Positions 23,227 through 34,699 of a DNA stretch of 64,000 bases are shown piece by piece. Made by a program: the position numbers and the translations under genes. Location: the NCBI GenBank assembly GCA_040285825.1, contig JAUPSS010000004.1, positions 4,555,784-4,619,783 of the forward strand. The letters run 5' to 3'. Numbering within the stretch: position 1 is the first letter of the stretch; every line of letters starts with the position of its first letter. The stretch comes from Eukaryota sp. TZLM1-RC. Taxonomy: Eukaryota; Protista; Metamonada: BaSk clade. The notes beneath the pieces are model-generated. The model was not told the origin of the DNA. It ran no database searches and worked only from the letters and a program-made list of their open reading frames with translations.

Positions 23227-24024
23227 AAGTCAAATCATTTTAGTGGAAAAGAAAAAAAGCTTGATTTGTCCCACTCCTTGGCCGTTAGACGAAAACCACG
23301 AGTCTTTGTTGCTCCTCTTCGTTTGGGAAGGTCCTAGAGGTCGAATGTACCCAAAGGTACCCTCTGTGATTCACGGAGGCCCATGCACCAGAAAGTCTTT
23401 CAATGTTGACATTATGCAAAAGATGTCTTTGGACTGATGCTTATCTTCATTGAAATTGAGAGCGTGGGAGACCAGGCAATCTATCAGTACAATTGGTCAA
23501 CCGTAGATTTTCTACGGAACTCAATTAGGACTACACAGTGGGACAAATCCTCTTATTTGAACAACTGTCTGCTGCTTAATTCTACTGTGATTTGAATTGC
23601 GTATCGTTCGTAACATAAATTTGAGTTCCAATTAAAGTTTGATGTTCCAACAAGTGAAAACTCGATAACATAGGTGCGATGATAAGCACGATGCAGTTAG
23701 TTCTGAATAGTTGTGCCTACTTGACAAAAATTCTGTACAATGAGCTGGGGGAGAATCAGTCTGTGTTAACCAAATCCTGTGAAAACTACTGTCACAACAA
23801 AAGCGAAATCCAAAACATGTTGTTGTATTAAAGAAATGTTTGTACCGCATGAAGTTTGGGTGCAACGATTGCAACAAACGATTGAAAGTACATGGTATTA
23901 TCCATTCAACGGACACGAGACGAAAAGTACGTTCTCGTTGAAGTTGACCGACTCCACAGAATGTGGAGCATTGGTCATTGAATGGAGCTTGCCAAATTGA
24001 GACTTTTTTTCCTTTATTCAATTT

Positions 24025-25156
24025 TTTTTATAAATTGAAATTTATTTTCAACGCTAACAAAACATTAAACAAAAAACTAGAACTCAATATCCTCAATACA
24101 CACATCAACATCATCAAATCTTTTCAGCGCGCGATTTTCATACTCTATTCCTAATTGTAACAGTGCATTGGTCAACATTTCTGGAATTGCTTTAAGAATA
24201 CTAAAAACAATTCTATTGTGCCAGAAATTGAAGTTCAATTCTTTTCCTGCTCTTTCTTTTATTAAACTTCTGAAACCTTCAAGAAATTTAATGCCAGATA
24301 TTCCAATGTTACCAAAAAGAGAAACAGCAAATGGAACCAACTGATACTTGACATGCTCAACACGTCCTAGCTGAGATAAGGGTTCATTGTATTTTTTGAT
24401 TTTGCTCTTTTCAGCAAAGCAAAGTGGAGTTTCATCTCTTTTAGCAAAATCAATTGCTGAGTCTTTACAAACATCAACAGTGACAACATCAACAACTTTA
24501 ATAACACCATCAGACGCAGGGGTCATTAAATCAGCACGGCGTTTCCCAAAAGTATTTTCATCTTCATTTTCAGATGACAACCTTCGCACAAGTGGTTCAA
24601 CAAAAGCTTCAATGTGATGACTTTTGCACATAGCGTATAGTTGGTCTCTAACAGCATCGTGAACAACTGAGCGATATGTAATATTAAATTTGCAATTAAA
24701 TAAATGATTCAGATTAATGAGCTGACCACAACGACAAATCAAATCATTTGGCACACTACATGGCCATAGAAAACACCTCATCCTGAAGGCAGTTGTCCAT
24801 TGATGATCATTTAATAATAGACCATATACATTTGGAATCTGGGAAATAAGACAACTTGAGCTACTATCCTTGAGGTCAATTAAAAAGTTTGCAAAAACGG
24901 GATTCTTTTCTTTAGCCAAGCTAAGACGAACAGTGTCTGCAATTTAGCATATGCAAATTTCAAGGAAATCAAACTCCTGGGTGGAATTTCTTGAATATCA
25001 GCAGGAAAGCATTTGGACCATATGTGAGGAGAGATGCCATCAATTTCACTCTGCAAGGACACTAAATAGTCACTAACACAACATTCTATTAAATGCTGGT
25101 TTTCAGGAAAACGTTTCAAAAATTCAAAGACGAAATTTTTTCCTCCACCGATGAAT
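24025..25156 (-). mobile_element. 5'-truncated CRE-like element, near-identical sibling of 6784-8629
   Basis: Near-identical RLE ORF with a small internal deletion at ~24935; short A tail; TSD of about TTTATTCAATTT at 24013-24024 and 25157-25168. Confidence 0.9.
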
Positions 25157-25169
25157 TTTATTCAATTTG

Positions 25170-27440
25170 AATTTTCTGTCATTCATCCGATGCAATTCGT
25201 CATCTAGGTTAATTTTTGGGCAATATTGATGAAATCTCCAAACAATTATTTGAAAACTTGAATATTATTTCTGAGGGTCAGGGACACACCTACCCACTTT
25301 TTTGAAAAGTGAAACACACCTACCCACTGCTGAATTTTTTGGTACTTCTGTACCCAATTGTTTTAAGGAAACTTATCCATCCCGATTTGTTTGATGATGT
25401 AATCATGTTTGTGTTTCTTAATTACTTGGTACGTTCACCAAACTCATCTCAAACATCAAATAAACCGTTTATGGACATGTTAAGCATACGATAAACCTCC
25501 CTAATCTCTATTGATCTTCAACTAAATCTTCCAATGCAGAAGATTTTTCCGATTCACTCCAATCTGAATCATCGCTGCCTTCTACACCAAACTGCTGGCG
25601 GACGAGTGTGAGTTCTGGAACTTCACTGTCTGGTATCTCTCCTCCATCTCTTTGTTTCTTCTTTCTCTGCCCTTCTCCAGCTCGGAACCATCGTTGACGT
25701 GGTCTTCCTCTTTGCCTTTCAACTTGTGGTGCTTGAGTTTCTGTCTCTTTTAGTTCAATACTTAGGTCTACTGGCATAATTCCCTCCTCGTAAGCTCTGG
25801 CATAATTCTCTCTCCAATAATCAAGGTCCACTGCACTCACTATGTTTTTGTCCATATATAAAAGTGCTGCCACCGCATGAACACAAGGGTATCCATATTG
25901 GTCCCAAAATCCACATGAACAACATTGTTTGCTCAAATCCACCAACCATGATTTTTCATGCTGTGTAACCTTCAGCACTGAACCTTCCCCTCCCCTGGAA
26001 ATTGTCACAACTTCTAAACTGCGAGCTTCAACAACAGTGCTCTTCAACTGCCCACAATGATTTGCAAACAATGGATGTTGTGTTCATCGCTTCAGTTCTT
26101 CTTTCCTCAAACCATTTTGTCAGTTTCAAGCAAATTTCGTTGATCATACTAACAAGAGCTTGGAGCTGATGGCAGGATCCTTTTGGGTTTTTGTACGAAT
26201 GGATGTCAAAGAGGCAAGGTAATCTGTGGAAGGAGGAAGAATCTTGTAGGAAGAAGTTAGATTACCATCACAGGAATGAGCTTTATACCGCTTAACCTCA
26301 TAAGGAGTTGTTGTAGGAGCGCATTTAGGTCGTGTAGCATAGCATTCAAACGTACATCTTTTATTTTTGCAACGAGCATAAATTCTTGTATGTTGAGACT
26401 TTTTTGTAGACACAATAGGCACTGCTCTGGACACAATCTAGCCGAATCAGTTCCTTTATGATTTCCATTGAAGCCAGGGAACCGATTTTCAAGAGATAAT
26501 TGGTGTCGTTATGTTTGAGAGTTATAGTTGATTCAGCAACAACGGAAGAGGTTGTTGTCATGTTCAATCTGCAAAGAAGTCCTATCAGTAAAAAAGTGGG
26601 TAGATGTGTTCACTTTATTGTGGTGGGTAGACGTGTTCCACTTTTTGCAAAAATGGGTAGATGTGTACTTTTCCCTATTTCTGAAAAAAATGACCAAATG
26701 ATGAAATTGGATGTACAGAAAAACATCAAATTCACCATAACAAGACTCTGTTTCAATGCAAAATTCAATCATATATTTCGATATATTACTCCTCCTATCT
26801 CTAGACCTTTGGCCCTAAAGTTTAAATTGCGTACTAAAGTTTTGTCTCAACTGATAGGGTGTAAAATGTACCAAATTGCTATTCGTTCCTATCTTTGTCC
26901 ACATTATGGTGGTTTAGGCTGATTTTATCAATCCAATCACAGTATACATCACCTCTATCATCAGAACCAAAATTATTCAGAGACAGTGTAGAGGATTGAT
27001 TTTGTCTCATGTAATGTTGCAAATGACACTTTGGTTCACAGAAGAAAACTTAATCCGGTAAGTGCTCTTGATTTTAAAGCAAAAGAAAAACATAAAAAAC
27101 ATGACAAAGATATCGAAGAACCTATTGCTGGTAGAAATACACAGCTAGTTTTTATTGCTTTCCCATTTTCGATAAACGGAAGACTACCAGTTGAAGCAGA
27201 AACTTTTTTGAATGATTTCCAAAACTGGTTCAAAAAAACAGAGAGATTTGATGTCTTTTGGGATCGCGAATGCAATTTGCCATTACTTCTAGATTAAATC
27301 GATTTTTCAATCGTATTAGAGAAGCTTTAGCTAGACAACAAGCAGATCAAGATTTTGTAGATGAAATCTTGGCTCAATGATTTTCGTCCCATTAGTGGTG
27401 ATTTTATTTTGTCAAATGTGTGTAGGTTTAATAAAAGTTA
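25170..27440 (+). mobile_element. Old degenerate CRE-like element interrupted by the MULE
   Basis: IRHLG*FLGNIDEI..NIISE|KNDQMMKLDVQKNIKFTITRLCFNAKFNHIFR reads through once the MULE is removed; RLE part at 27031-27300. Confidence 0.75.
25275..26675 (-). mobile_element. Mutator-like (MULE) DNA transposon, internally deleted, non-autonomous
   Basis: 9-bp TSD TATTTCTGA (25266-25274 and 26676-26684); GGG...CCC ends; TIRs with repeated ACACA(C/T)CTACCCA units; SWIM finger CSCGFWDQYGYPCVHA; N-terminal C..C..H DNA-binding domain; DDE core missing. Confidence 0.92.
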
Positions 27441-27539
27441 ATGGTTTCAAAAAGGATAATCCTTCAATAACTCATAATCTAAATGATTTATCGACAGCAT
27501 GATTAATATTATCTTTTCACATCAATTAACCTGACTCTG

Positions 27540-28439
27540 ATGTCGTTTTCTCGTCGTTTTACTTTATATAGCGTTTCACTGCTACTTTTTCTGTCATTAG
27601 TAGTCTCGATTTACACCATCATTCCCTCTGAAAATACTGTTCTCCAACATGCAGAACATACCGCAAGATTGGTGATCCATGATCATCTTCTACACTTTGC
27701 TGATGAATTACCTCTGCAATCACAAGAAAGTCTAAATGACTTATTAGCTCACGAACTACGTCGTTTCAAGACTTCTGTCTATACAAATGTCGATCAACAC
27801 ACAAACGAAATCACCATCACGATCCATTACAAAACCTCAACAAAACCTCATACTTTTAGCATTAACTATGCAGATATTCAAACTGCAATTTTGGAGAGAG
27901 AACTATACAAAAACGAGTCATTTCAAGTTGACAAAGACACCTCACTGTATCTTTCCCAGTATAAATGGTCTGTTCCTGCTTTGCTTCATTTAAAATACAA
28001 GTTAGAGGCTGTACAAAACTTTATGAAGTCACGCTTGTCCTCTGATACAACCATTGAATCATTAGAATTGGTAAACATCACACAACAGTTCAATGAAGGA
28101 AGAATTTGTAAAAATGTAGACCAGTACGAGATGATGGTCAAGTCAAATGACACTCTCGATATCATGATATTTGAGATAACGCTCACTTCAAAGGTTACCA
28201 GAGTGGCCACCTTTTGGATCTGGACTCCCTTGGTTATCTTACTGGCTTCTGTGCTAGGCACCACTCTTATTATATGTGTTCAGCTTTGCGGTAGTTATAG
28301 TGGAGGGGATGTTGATAAAGATGATAACTGTTTAATAGCAATAGCTGTTGTTTTTTTAATTTTGTTTTGTTTCTTTTCTTTTTTTGCACCTTTGAAGTTT
28401 TTTGAGCATTATTGTAGTAAGGAGTTAGTTGTTGATTGA
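27540..28439 (+). CDS. Hypothetical membrane protein (N-terminal anchor plus two C-terminal TM helices)
   Basis: 299-aa ORF with hydrophobic segments; no recognised family. Confidence 0.6.
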   Translation: MSFSRRFTLYSVSLLLFLSLVVSIYTIIPSENTVLQHAEHTARLVIHDHLLHFADELPLQSQESLNDLLAHELRRFKTSVYTNVDQHTNEITITIHYKTSTKPHTFSINYADIQTAILERELYKNESFQVDKDTSLYLSQYKWSVPALLHLKYKLEAVQNFMKSRLSSDTTIESLELVNITQQFNEGRICKNVDQYEMMVKSNDTLDIMIFEITLTSKVTRVATFWIWTPLVILLASVLGTTLIICVQLCGSYSGGDVDKDDNCLIAIAVVFLILFCFFSFFAPLKFFEHYCSKELVVD

Positions 28440-28905
28440 TTTTCTCTACTTTAGTTGTCTATCAATATGTGTTTAATTTTTTTGTTTGTAAATGTGTCTC
28501 TTAATAAAATAAGCTTAGAACTACTGAGACGAAATTTATTGAAACAAAAACTTCTCTACAAAATACCGATCTGCTTGTTTTCCCACTATTGCTGCTTCTT
28601 ATTCGTTAAACATTTTATTCGATTTAAACAGTTGAGTTAAGCATCAAGTATGAGTTTATGAATTTGTTCCTTCATCATGTTTTTGGTACAATTGTCAAGG
28701 ATGTTGTGTGAATCAATAAGAGCACGACCTTCAATATTTGGTAGGTCTTTCATGAGATCACAAATTTTTTTATGAATGCTAGGAAGCAAACATTTTAAAG
28801 TTGTGTGAGGAACAACTGTCTATAAACTTCACCAAAAACAAAAAAACATCCATTTATATCAAAATTCTTTCATTTAAATTAAAATACAAAACCTTATAAA
28901 CAACC

Positions 28906-30545
28906 CTATCCCCGCATTTCTTTTTCAACCCTCCTTTTAAGTTCTTCTCTGGTCAATGGTCTGCTGCTAGATTCCCCTTCATCGTCACTGACATAGTCTG
29001 TGCTGGGGGGAACGATTCCCATAGAGTTACCACTTTCTAGGCCACCTCTCAGTGAATCCCTACTGTCTAATCTAACATTCATCCATGCAGAATCTCTTCT
29101 TGCCCTCAACCCAGCCAATGTGTCAGAAGAAAGAACCTTGGCTGTTGGATGTTTATAGAGGTAATGGGCAATAATGTTACAAGTTCGTTGTTCGATTAAT
29201 CCAAGACAGGAAATAAGAGTCGTGTTAGTGACCCCTTCTCCATTTGTGAGATGATTGATTTCATCTTGATTGATTCCAATCTTATCCATGCAGTCAACAA
29301 CGGCTGACTCAAGGTCATTGAGAACAGACCCCAATCGAAGGCAAGTTTTTTCGTATTCAGTGGCTTCATCTAACAACATTTGGGTCTGTTCTTCCAATTC
29401 ATCAACCAACTTCTTACGTCTACTGTCAACAGAAGTTTCCTCTACAGAAATCTTGCTCAATGAATCATTAATTTGATTGACATCTGCTTGTAATTTATCA
29501 AGGGTTACACCCAATTCATTGGAGTAGTTGAATAGTGAAAAGTTCTTGCTCTCTGCTTCAATAAACCTAGAAACAAGCTTATTAATATCATGAATTCCAG
29601 TGACTTCTTGCATTCTGGCCAAAGCTTCGTGAAATGTATCGACACGGTCAGAATTTAGTGAGCTTGGATTCTTGTCCTTCATAGTGGCATTAATCAACTT
29701 CTCTTTAAGGGAAAGCTGTCGTGATTGTTGACTATCTGATGTGTCTTTTTGACCTAGATCCATCAACTCTCTCAAATGCTTATCCTGTTCAAGTTGCCTG
29801 GTGAGTTCCGACCATTCAGAATCAAATGCCTTTGCTTCTTCAAGCTCAATCTTTTCAAGATTAGCCAATGCTGATTGAAGAGAGTCTCTTTCATCGTACT
29901 CAAGGTTTGAATGGTCAACTAAGTTACGAAGGGATTCTTTAAGGTGCGAGAGTCGCTTATCGTGTTTTTTGAAAACACCATCATAAAGTGACCGTTCCTG
30001 CCTCAATCCATCAATTTCTTCACGAAGTTTCTTGTTCTGGGCTACTGATTCATTGAACCGAATAGTGGCCTTGTTTAGCCTATTCTCAAGAATCCTAATT
30101 TGACGTTCAACATCCTCGGGGGTCTTTTTAGATTGTTGTAACTTGGCTAAACGACGACGTTCTTCAGAGATCTTGGTACGGAGAATCTTAATTTGCTGGT
30201 CCAAGTCTGACGACTGGGATTCAAGTGAACGAACTTGTTTAGTGGCCAGTTGGTTTTCCTTGTGAAAGGTTTGCATGAGGGAAGTGGCCTGGGAGGAAAC
30301 TTTTGTAGTCATAAGAGGAGCAGACTCATCAGCAACTTGATTCTCCAGTTTATCACGTTCTGCCTTTAGCCTGGCAATTTGAGAGCTGAGTTGAGAAAAC
30401 TCGAGCTGTTGTAATACCTTTGACGTCTGATTTGGTTTGTTACTTTTTCAGCATAAGATTTACGGTCATTATCAAGTAGACGGTATCTAATTTGAAGTTC
30501 ATTGAATTGCTGAAGTTCAGCAGGTGTTAAAGTGGAAGTGGTCAT
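28906..30545 (-). CDS. Outer dynein arm docking complex subunit DC2 (CCDC114/CCDC63 family), 2 exons
   Basis: Exon 1 (30545-30418) LQIRYRLLDNDRKSY..IRRQ; 32-nt GT-AG intron 30417-30386; ILENRL.KA..RFNE...NKKLREEID.LR.ER; FIEAE..NFSLFNY.NE. Confidence 0.9.
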
Positions 30546-30659
30546 TGAAACAGATGATGTCTACAACAATGAAATAAGTGTCCTTTTTGAACTGATGTAG
30601 AGGGTCTGGGTTTTTGAGAAGCAGAAAATTCTCCTTGATTCCTTTTTCTTTGAACCTTT

Positions 30660-32470
30660 GTCAACCTTGACTCTCTGTAGGTGTTCCGGTCTATCTCCAC
30701 CATTTACATGTGCTTCCATCACTGCCAACATATTTAGCGAAGCATTTCGATCTCTATTCCACAAACTTTCGCATGATTTACACATGGTAAGCCCGTGACG
30801 AATAGACATCTCATGCCTCTTCCATGGCCTAGGATTTCTGCACCATCGGAATGTTTCAACTGTTTTTTTTTCGCTTTCATACAGTTGAAACAACAGCAAC
30901 TGGTTCGAAACTCATCAATCAAAAAGACCTTATAACCAGGTTTTTTAAATAAAATTCTCAAACCTTTTTCTTTGGTAGGTTCTTTGAATTTCATGTGTTT
31001 TCGTTGTTACCAGTCTCCGATTCCAATAACTACTTGGCCTGGACCACCAATTACTGATTTGAATCTGTGAATCATCTTTGCTTCAGATCTTGTGCGATTA
31101 ATCTCAGCCCACCACCTTAGTTTCCTAAATATTGTTTGATGATAGACTTCACCAACAATACCATTCACAAAATTCTTTTGTTTGATATATGCCATAAATC
31201 TATCAAATCTGCACCTTTTGGAATTGAATTGGGATAAAGTTGCTTCCCGTTCTGCTACAGATTTAGTCGTGTGATTATTTTTTCTCAAATTTAATGAGTA
31301 ATCAATTTTTGTGGGGAATATTGATTTCTTGAGGTACTTCACCTCTTAATAAACTAATTGTTCTTTCAGTCATTTGATTAATTATACTGCTGTTTAAATC
31401 CATTCTTCGTTGTTGCTCTTCAGATGGTTCATAATTGGATAGATCATTCACTCTACCAGTAGAGTTACTTATTGTGATCAGAGTGTCATTCCGTTTGCTG
31501 TCTCTTATTCTTTTGAATTTGGAACTTTTCGACTCAAATCTTTGTTGATTTTGAGTGTACCTGAAATGAACATATTTATCTCTCCCAGGTTTTTTTGAAT
31601 GATTCATCCGGCAGCTAAATTAGCAGAAAAATAGAGTAGATTAGATTTTGCTGGATCAGCAGCAGCAAGGGTCATATCTTGGAATTCAGAAGGATTGATG
31701 CTGGGATCATCAAAATATTGTTCTTTATCTTTCAATTCTTTTGCAGTTACTGTGTACTGTTTCAAGTCCATTCTAGATTGAATGAAACTTACTGCAATTC
31801 CATCAGTCTCGATACTAGACATGAAGAACTTGGAATTTTCTGAATAAAGTTTAGTGTTTTTAATCTTATCCATTTTGAAGAAGGTATTCCATAATACCAA
31901 ATTAGCAGCTTGATCTCTGCATTGGTAGGACGCCCTTTGACCAAGGATGTCCTTGAATTGGATAAAGAACAAGTCCAATAAACTTGTCTTGTCAATTCTG
32001 ATATACGAGGGAATACAAGAATTCTTCAAAGGCAGAGCATGAAAGAGTTTGCTCTTCTCATCTTCTAAATAATTGTATATATAAGACATTGCCCTCAAAT
32101 AGTAATTTGATTTTTATGAAAATCAAATTTTGAATATTTTTCCCTTTTGGAATTACTGGGAAGTAAAAGAGGGATCGGGTCATTAATGAAAAGCGAAGTA
32201 ATTGATGAGACTTCGTTTCTCATTGCAGAAGTTTCGCCATCAATATCTCTACATCCTTCTAGAAGGAGAGATTTAACTTTGTTGATGAATGATGAGAAGT
32301 TTTTCTTATCTTGCTTTTTCAAAACATTGTTGTTTCTCTTAACATCATAGAAAACATCAACAAACCGATCCAAGTGATCAAAGTAATGCTCCTGGATGTT
32401 ATTTTTGAAATTTAAAATCAGTTTGTCAATTGTGTAATACAAAATATTACTGATTCCCTTTTTTAAATAA
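30660..32470 (-). pseudogene. Fanzor1 (TnpB-like) near-full-length, family A, frameshifted
   Basis: NNIQEH, LPL...PSYI.ID, SIETDGIAVS, RuvC-I DPAKSNLLY, FRKLRW, IGDW, EPTK.KG.R, RuvC-II IDEFRTSCCC, NPRP..RHGL..C..C, RuvC-III WNRDRNASLNM, RP. Confidence 0.93.
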
Positions 32471-32829
32471 TTAATAATTAATTTAATTAATTAATTAATT
32501 AATTCAATAATGATTAAAATAATCAAATTTATTTCAAATAAATTAGTCACTTTTAAACACTACATTTGCTGACTTATAACGCCTACTGCACTTTGACCCA
32601 ATGTAAATGTAAATTTCATATCTGGATTCATATCTTGTTCTAAAATGCAATGATTGTGATAATCACAAGCAGATTCCTTTTTTAATGGACATTCACACTT
32701 CGTAGAATCGACCTACAACAATTTTATTTTATTTATTTTTTATTATATGAATAATCTAAATCTGGCAATTTGAAAAAGATTTCCAAATAAACAATTATAT
32801 TCAAACACAACTTGGAAACGACAATTTAG

Positions 32830-33618
32830 AGCGTGCAAGTAATCACCAAAGCAAAAGAGAGTACCCTAGCGATGTGTTGCTTCTTTCTACAAGGAGAAGA
32901 TAATGAAGGAACCCCGTAGTGAATCACTTAGGAGAATGAATGTTCCAAACAGCATGCCAAACCCCGAAGGATCAAACATTGGCACAGGAGTGACGTCAGT
33001 TATCTTGTGGGAGGAGAACTTTCCAGTGAGCATGGGTACCGACACAGGAAGAAATCAACAATCCCGACTTCCGTCCGAGAACTATACTAGACCAACTGCT
33101 GATAAATGGAGATCGCCGAGCCCTGCACCGCAACAAGTTTGATTTCTTTATAAGAAGTTAAAAAAGGATAATGGGATTAATTGAAAAAATAAAACTAATG
33201 GCTAATGGAAGAGAAACCATAATTTGGTTTGGCAGTGGAGGTGATGGGCCATCAAGACAAGCTGTGAAAACCCCAATGAAGCACTTTTTGAAGGAGATTC
33301 AGAAACATTTTACATGTGTGAAGCCTAACGGAGATGAATTCTACACATCTGCCAAAACGAATTGCTGTAAGGTATTCAATCAAAAGGTGTATCAGGATGA
33401 TGGGAGGGAAAACAATGCTAAGTGTGTTTGCCCTCAATGTCAGACACTCTGGTCGAGGGACATCTCAGCCTCCTGAAACCAGCTTGAGATTGCCATAAGT
33501 GAGCACTTCTACAATGACAGACCTGAGGCGTTCCGGAGACCCCGTAGATCAGTGCTTTTCCATGTATTGCGTACCTGTACGCGTATTGTGATGTTGCTGC
33601 TTTAACTATCATTTGATC
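32830..33618 (+). mobile_element. Fanzor remnant, family C (3' part)
   Basis: RNKFDFF, IWFG, GDEFYTSAKTNCC, CPQC..WSRDISAS*NQLEIA..RPEAFRRP; homologous to 36632-37100. Limits approximate. Confidence 0.85.
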
Positions 33619-33717
33619 GTGATATCATATAGTGATACGTCTAAAGTATGCTTAACGTATATCAAGATTGCATGAATTGGTCAAAAGCTAAATGAATTTG
33701 ATAGAAATTCAGAGTAC

Positions 33718-34272
33718 ATGTCCTCCACCAAACCTTCACGTTCTTCTAAACCACGCTTTGAACTCTCTGAAGAAGCCAAGCAGGAAATACAAGAAGCCTT
33801 TTCTCTTTTCGGTATATTTTTTGGTACAACTTAGCTTACCTCATACACTGACTCTTCTGGAACTATAGATGCTAAGGAACTCAAAGTTGCCATGCGAGCA
33901 CTAGGCTTTGAGCCACAAAAGGATGAAATTCGCCGCATTCTTGCCGACGTTGACAGAGAAGGTAAAGGAGTCATTGATTTCAACGACTTTCTTGCCATTA
34001 TGACTGAGAAGATATCGTCCAGGAATCCAAGAGAAGAGGTTTGCAACCCCATTTCTTTTTAACTATAGATGCTCAAAGCCTTCCGACTTTTTGATGATGA
34101 TAACACTGGAAAAATCACCTTCAAAAACCTCAAACGTGTAGCCCGTGAACTTGGGGAACAGATGGCTGATGAAGAAATCGAGGAAATGATCCAAGAAGCA
34201 GACTTGGATGGAGATGGAGCAGTTTCTCTCGATGAGTTTATGAGGATTAGTCAGCGTGCAGGGTTAATTTAA
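33718..34272 (+). CDS. CETN: Centrin (4 EF-hands), 2 introns
   Basis: EL.EE.KQEI.EAF.LF|[47 protein letters not shown]. Introns 33812-33844 (non-canonical 3' end) and 34039-34068. Confidence 0.95.
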
Positions 34273-34699
34273 GGATATTGAAGAGTTTTTTTGTAATTTT
34301 AATAAAAATGAACATTGTATTCAAAGTATTATGGAATTGTGGATACATGATTAATCTCTACATAAATAGTTTATAAGTATCGGAATGTAGAAATGCTTAG
34401 ATGAACAATGTTTTTCTCATTCAGCAAAGTCAAACAAAGCGTTTAACGACAACGTTTGGTGCAATTAATTGAAAACCATTGAATTCGCCTATTGGCAGAT
34501 GTTGTTAAACAAATTGGCAACTTCAAATACTTTTGCCAATTGATTTCAACATTGAATGTTAAAGAACATTTTCGTGAACTACTTTATTTTTAAAAATCCA
34601 GAAAAAGGAAAAAGAATAAAAAAATACAAAAAATAAGTGAAAGGGGTAATAAACATAACTATAATAAAAGAACTCTAATAAAGACAATATAAAACAAAC

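Noticed and set aside
25284-26666. Repeated CACCTACCCAC-like units as a CRISPR-like array
   Set aside because: They are subterminal repeats within the MULE TIRs.
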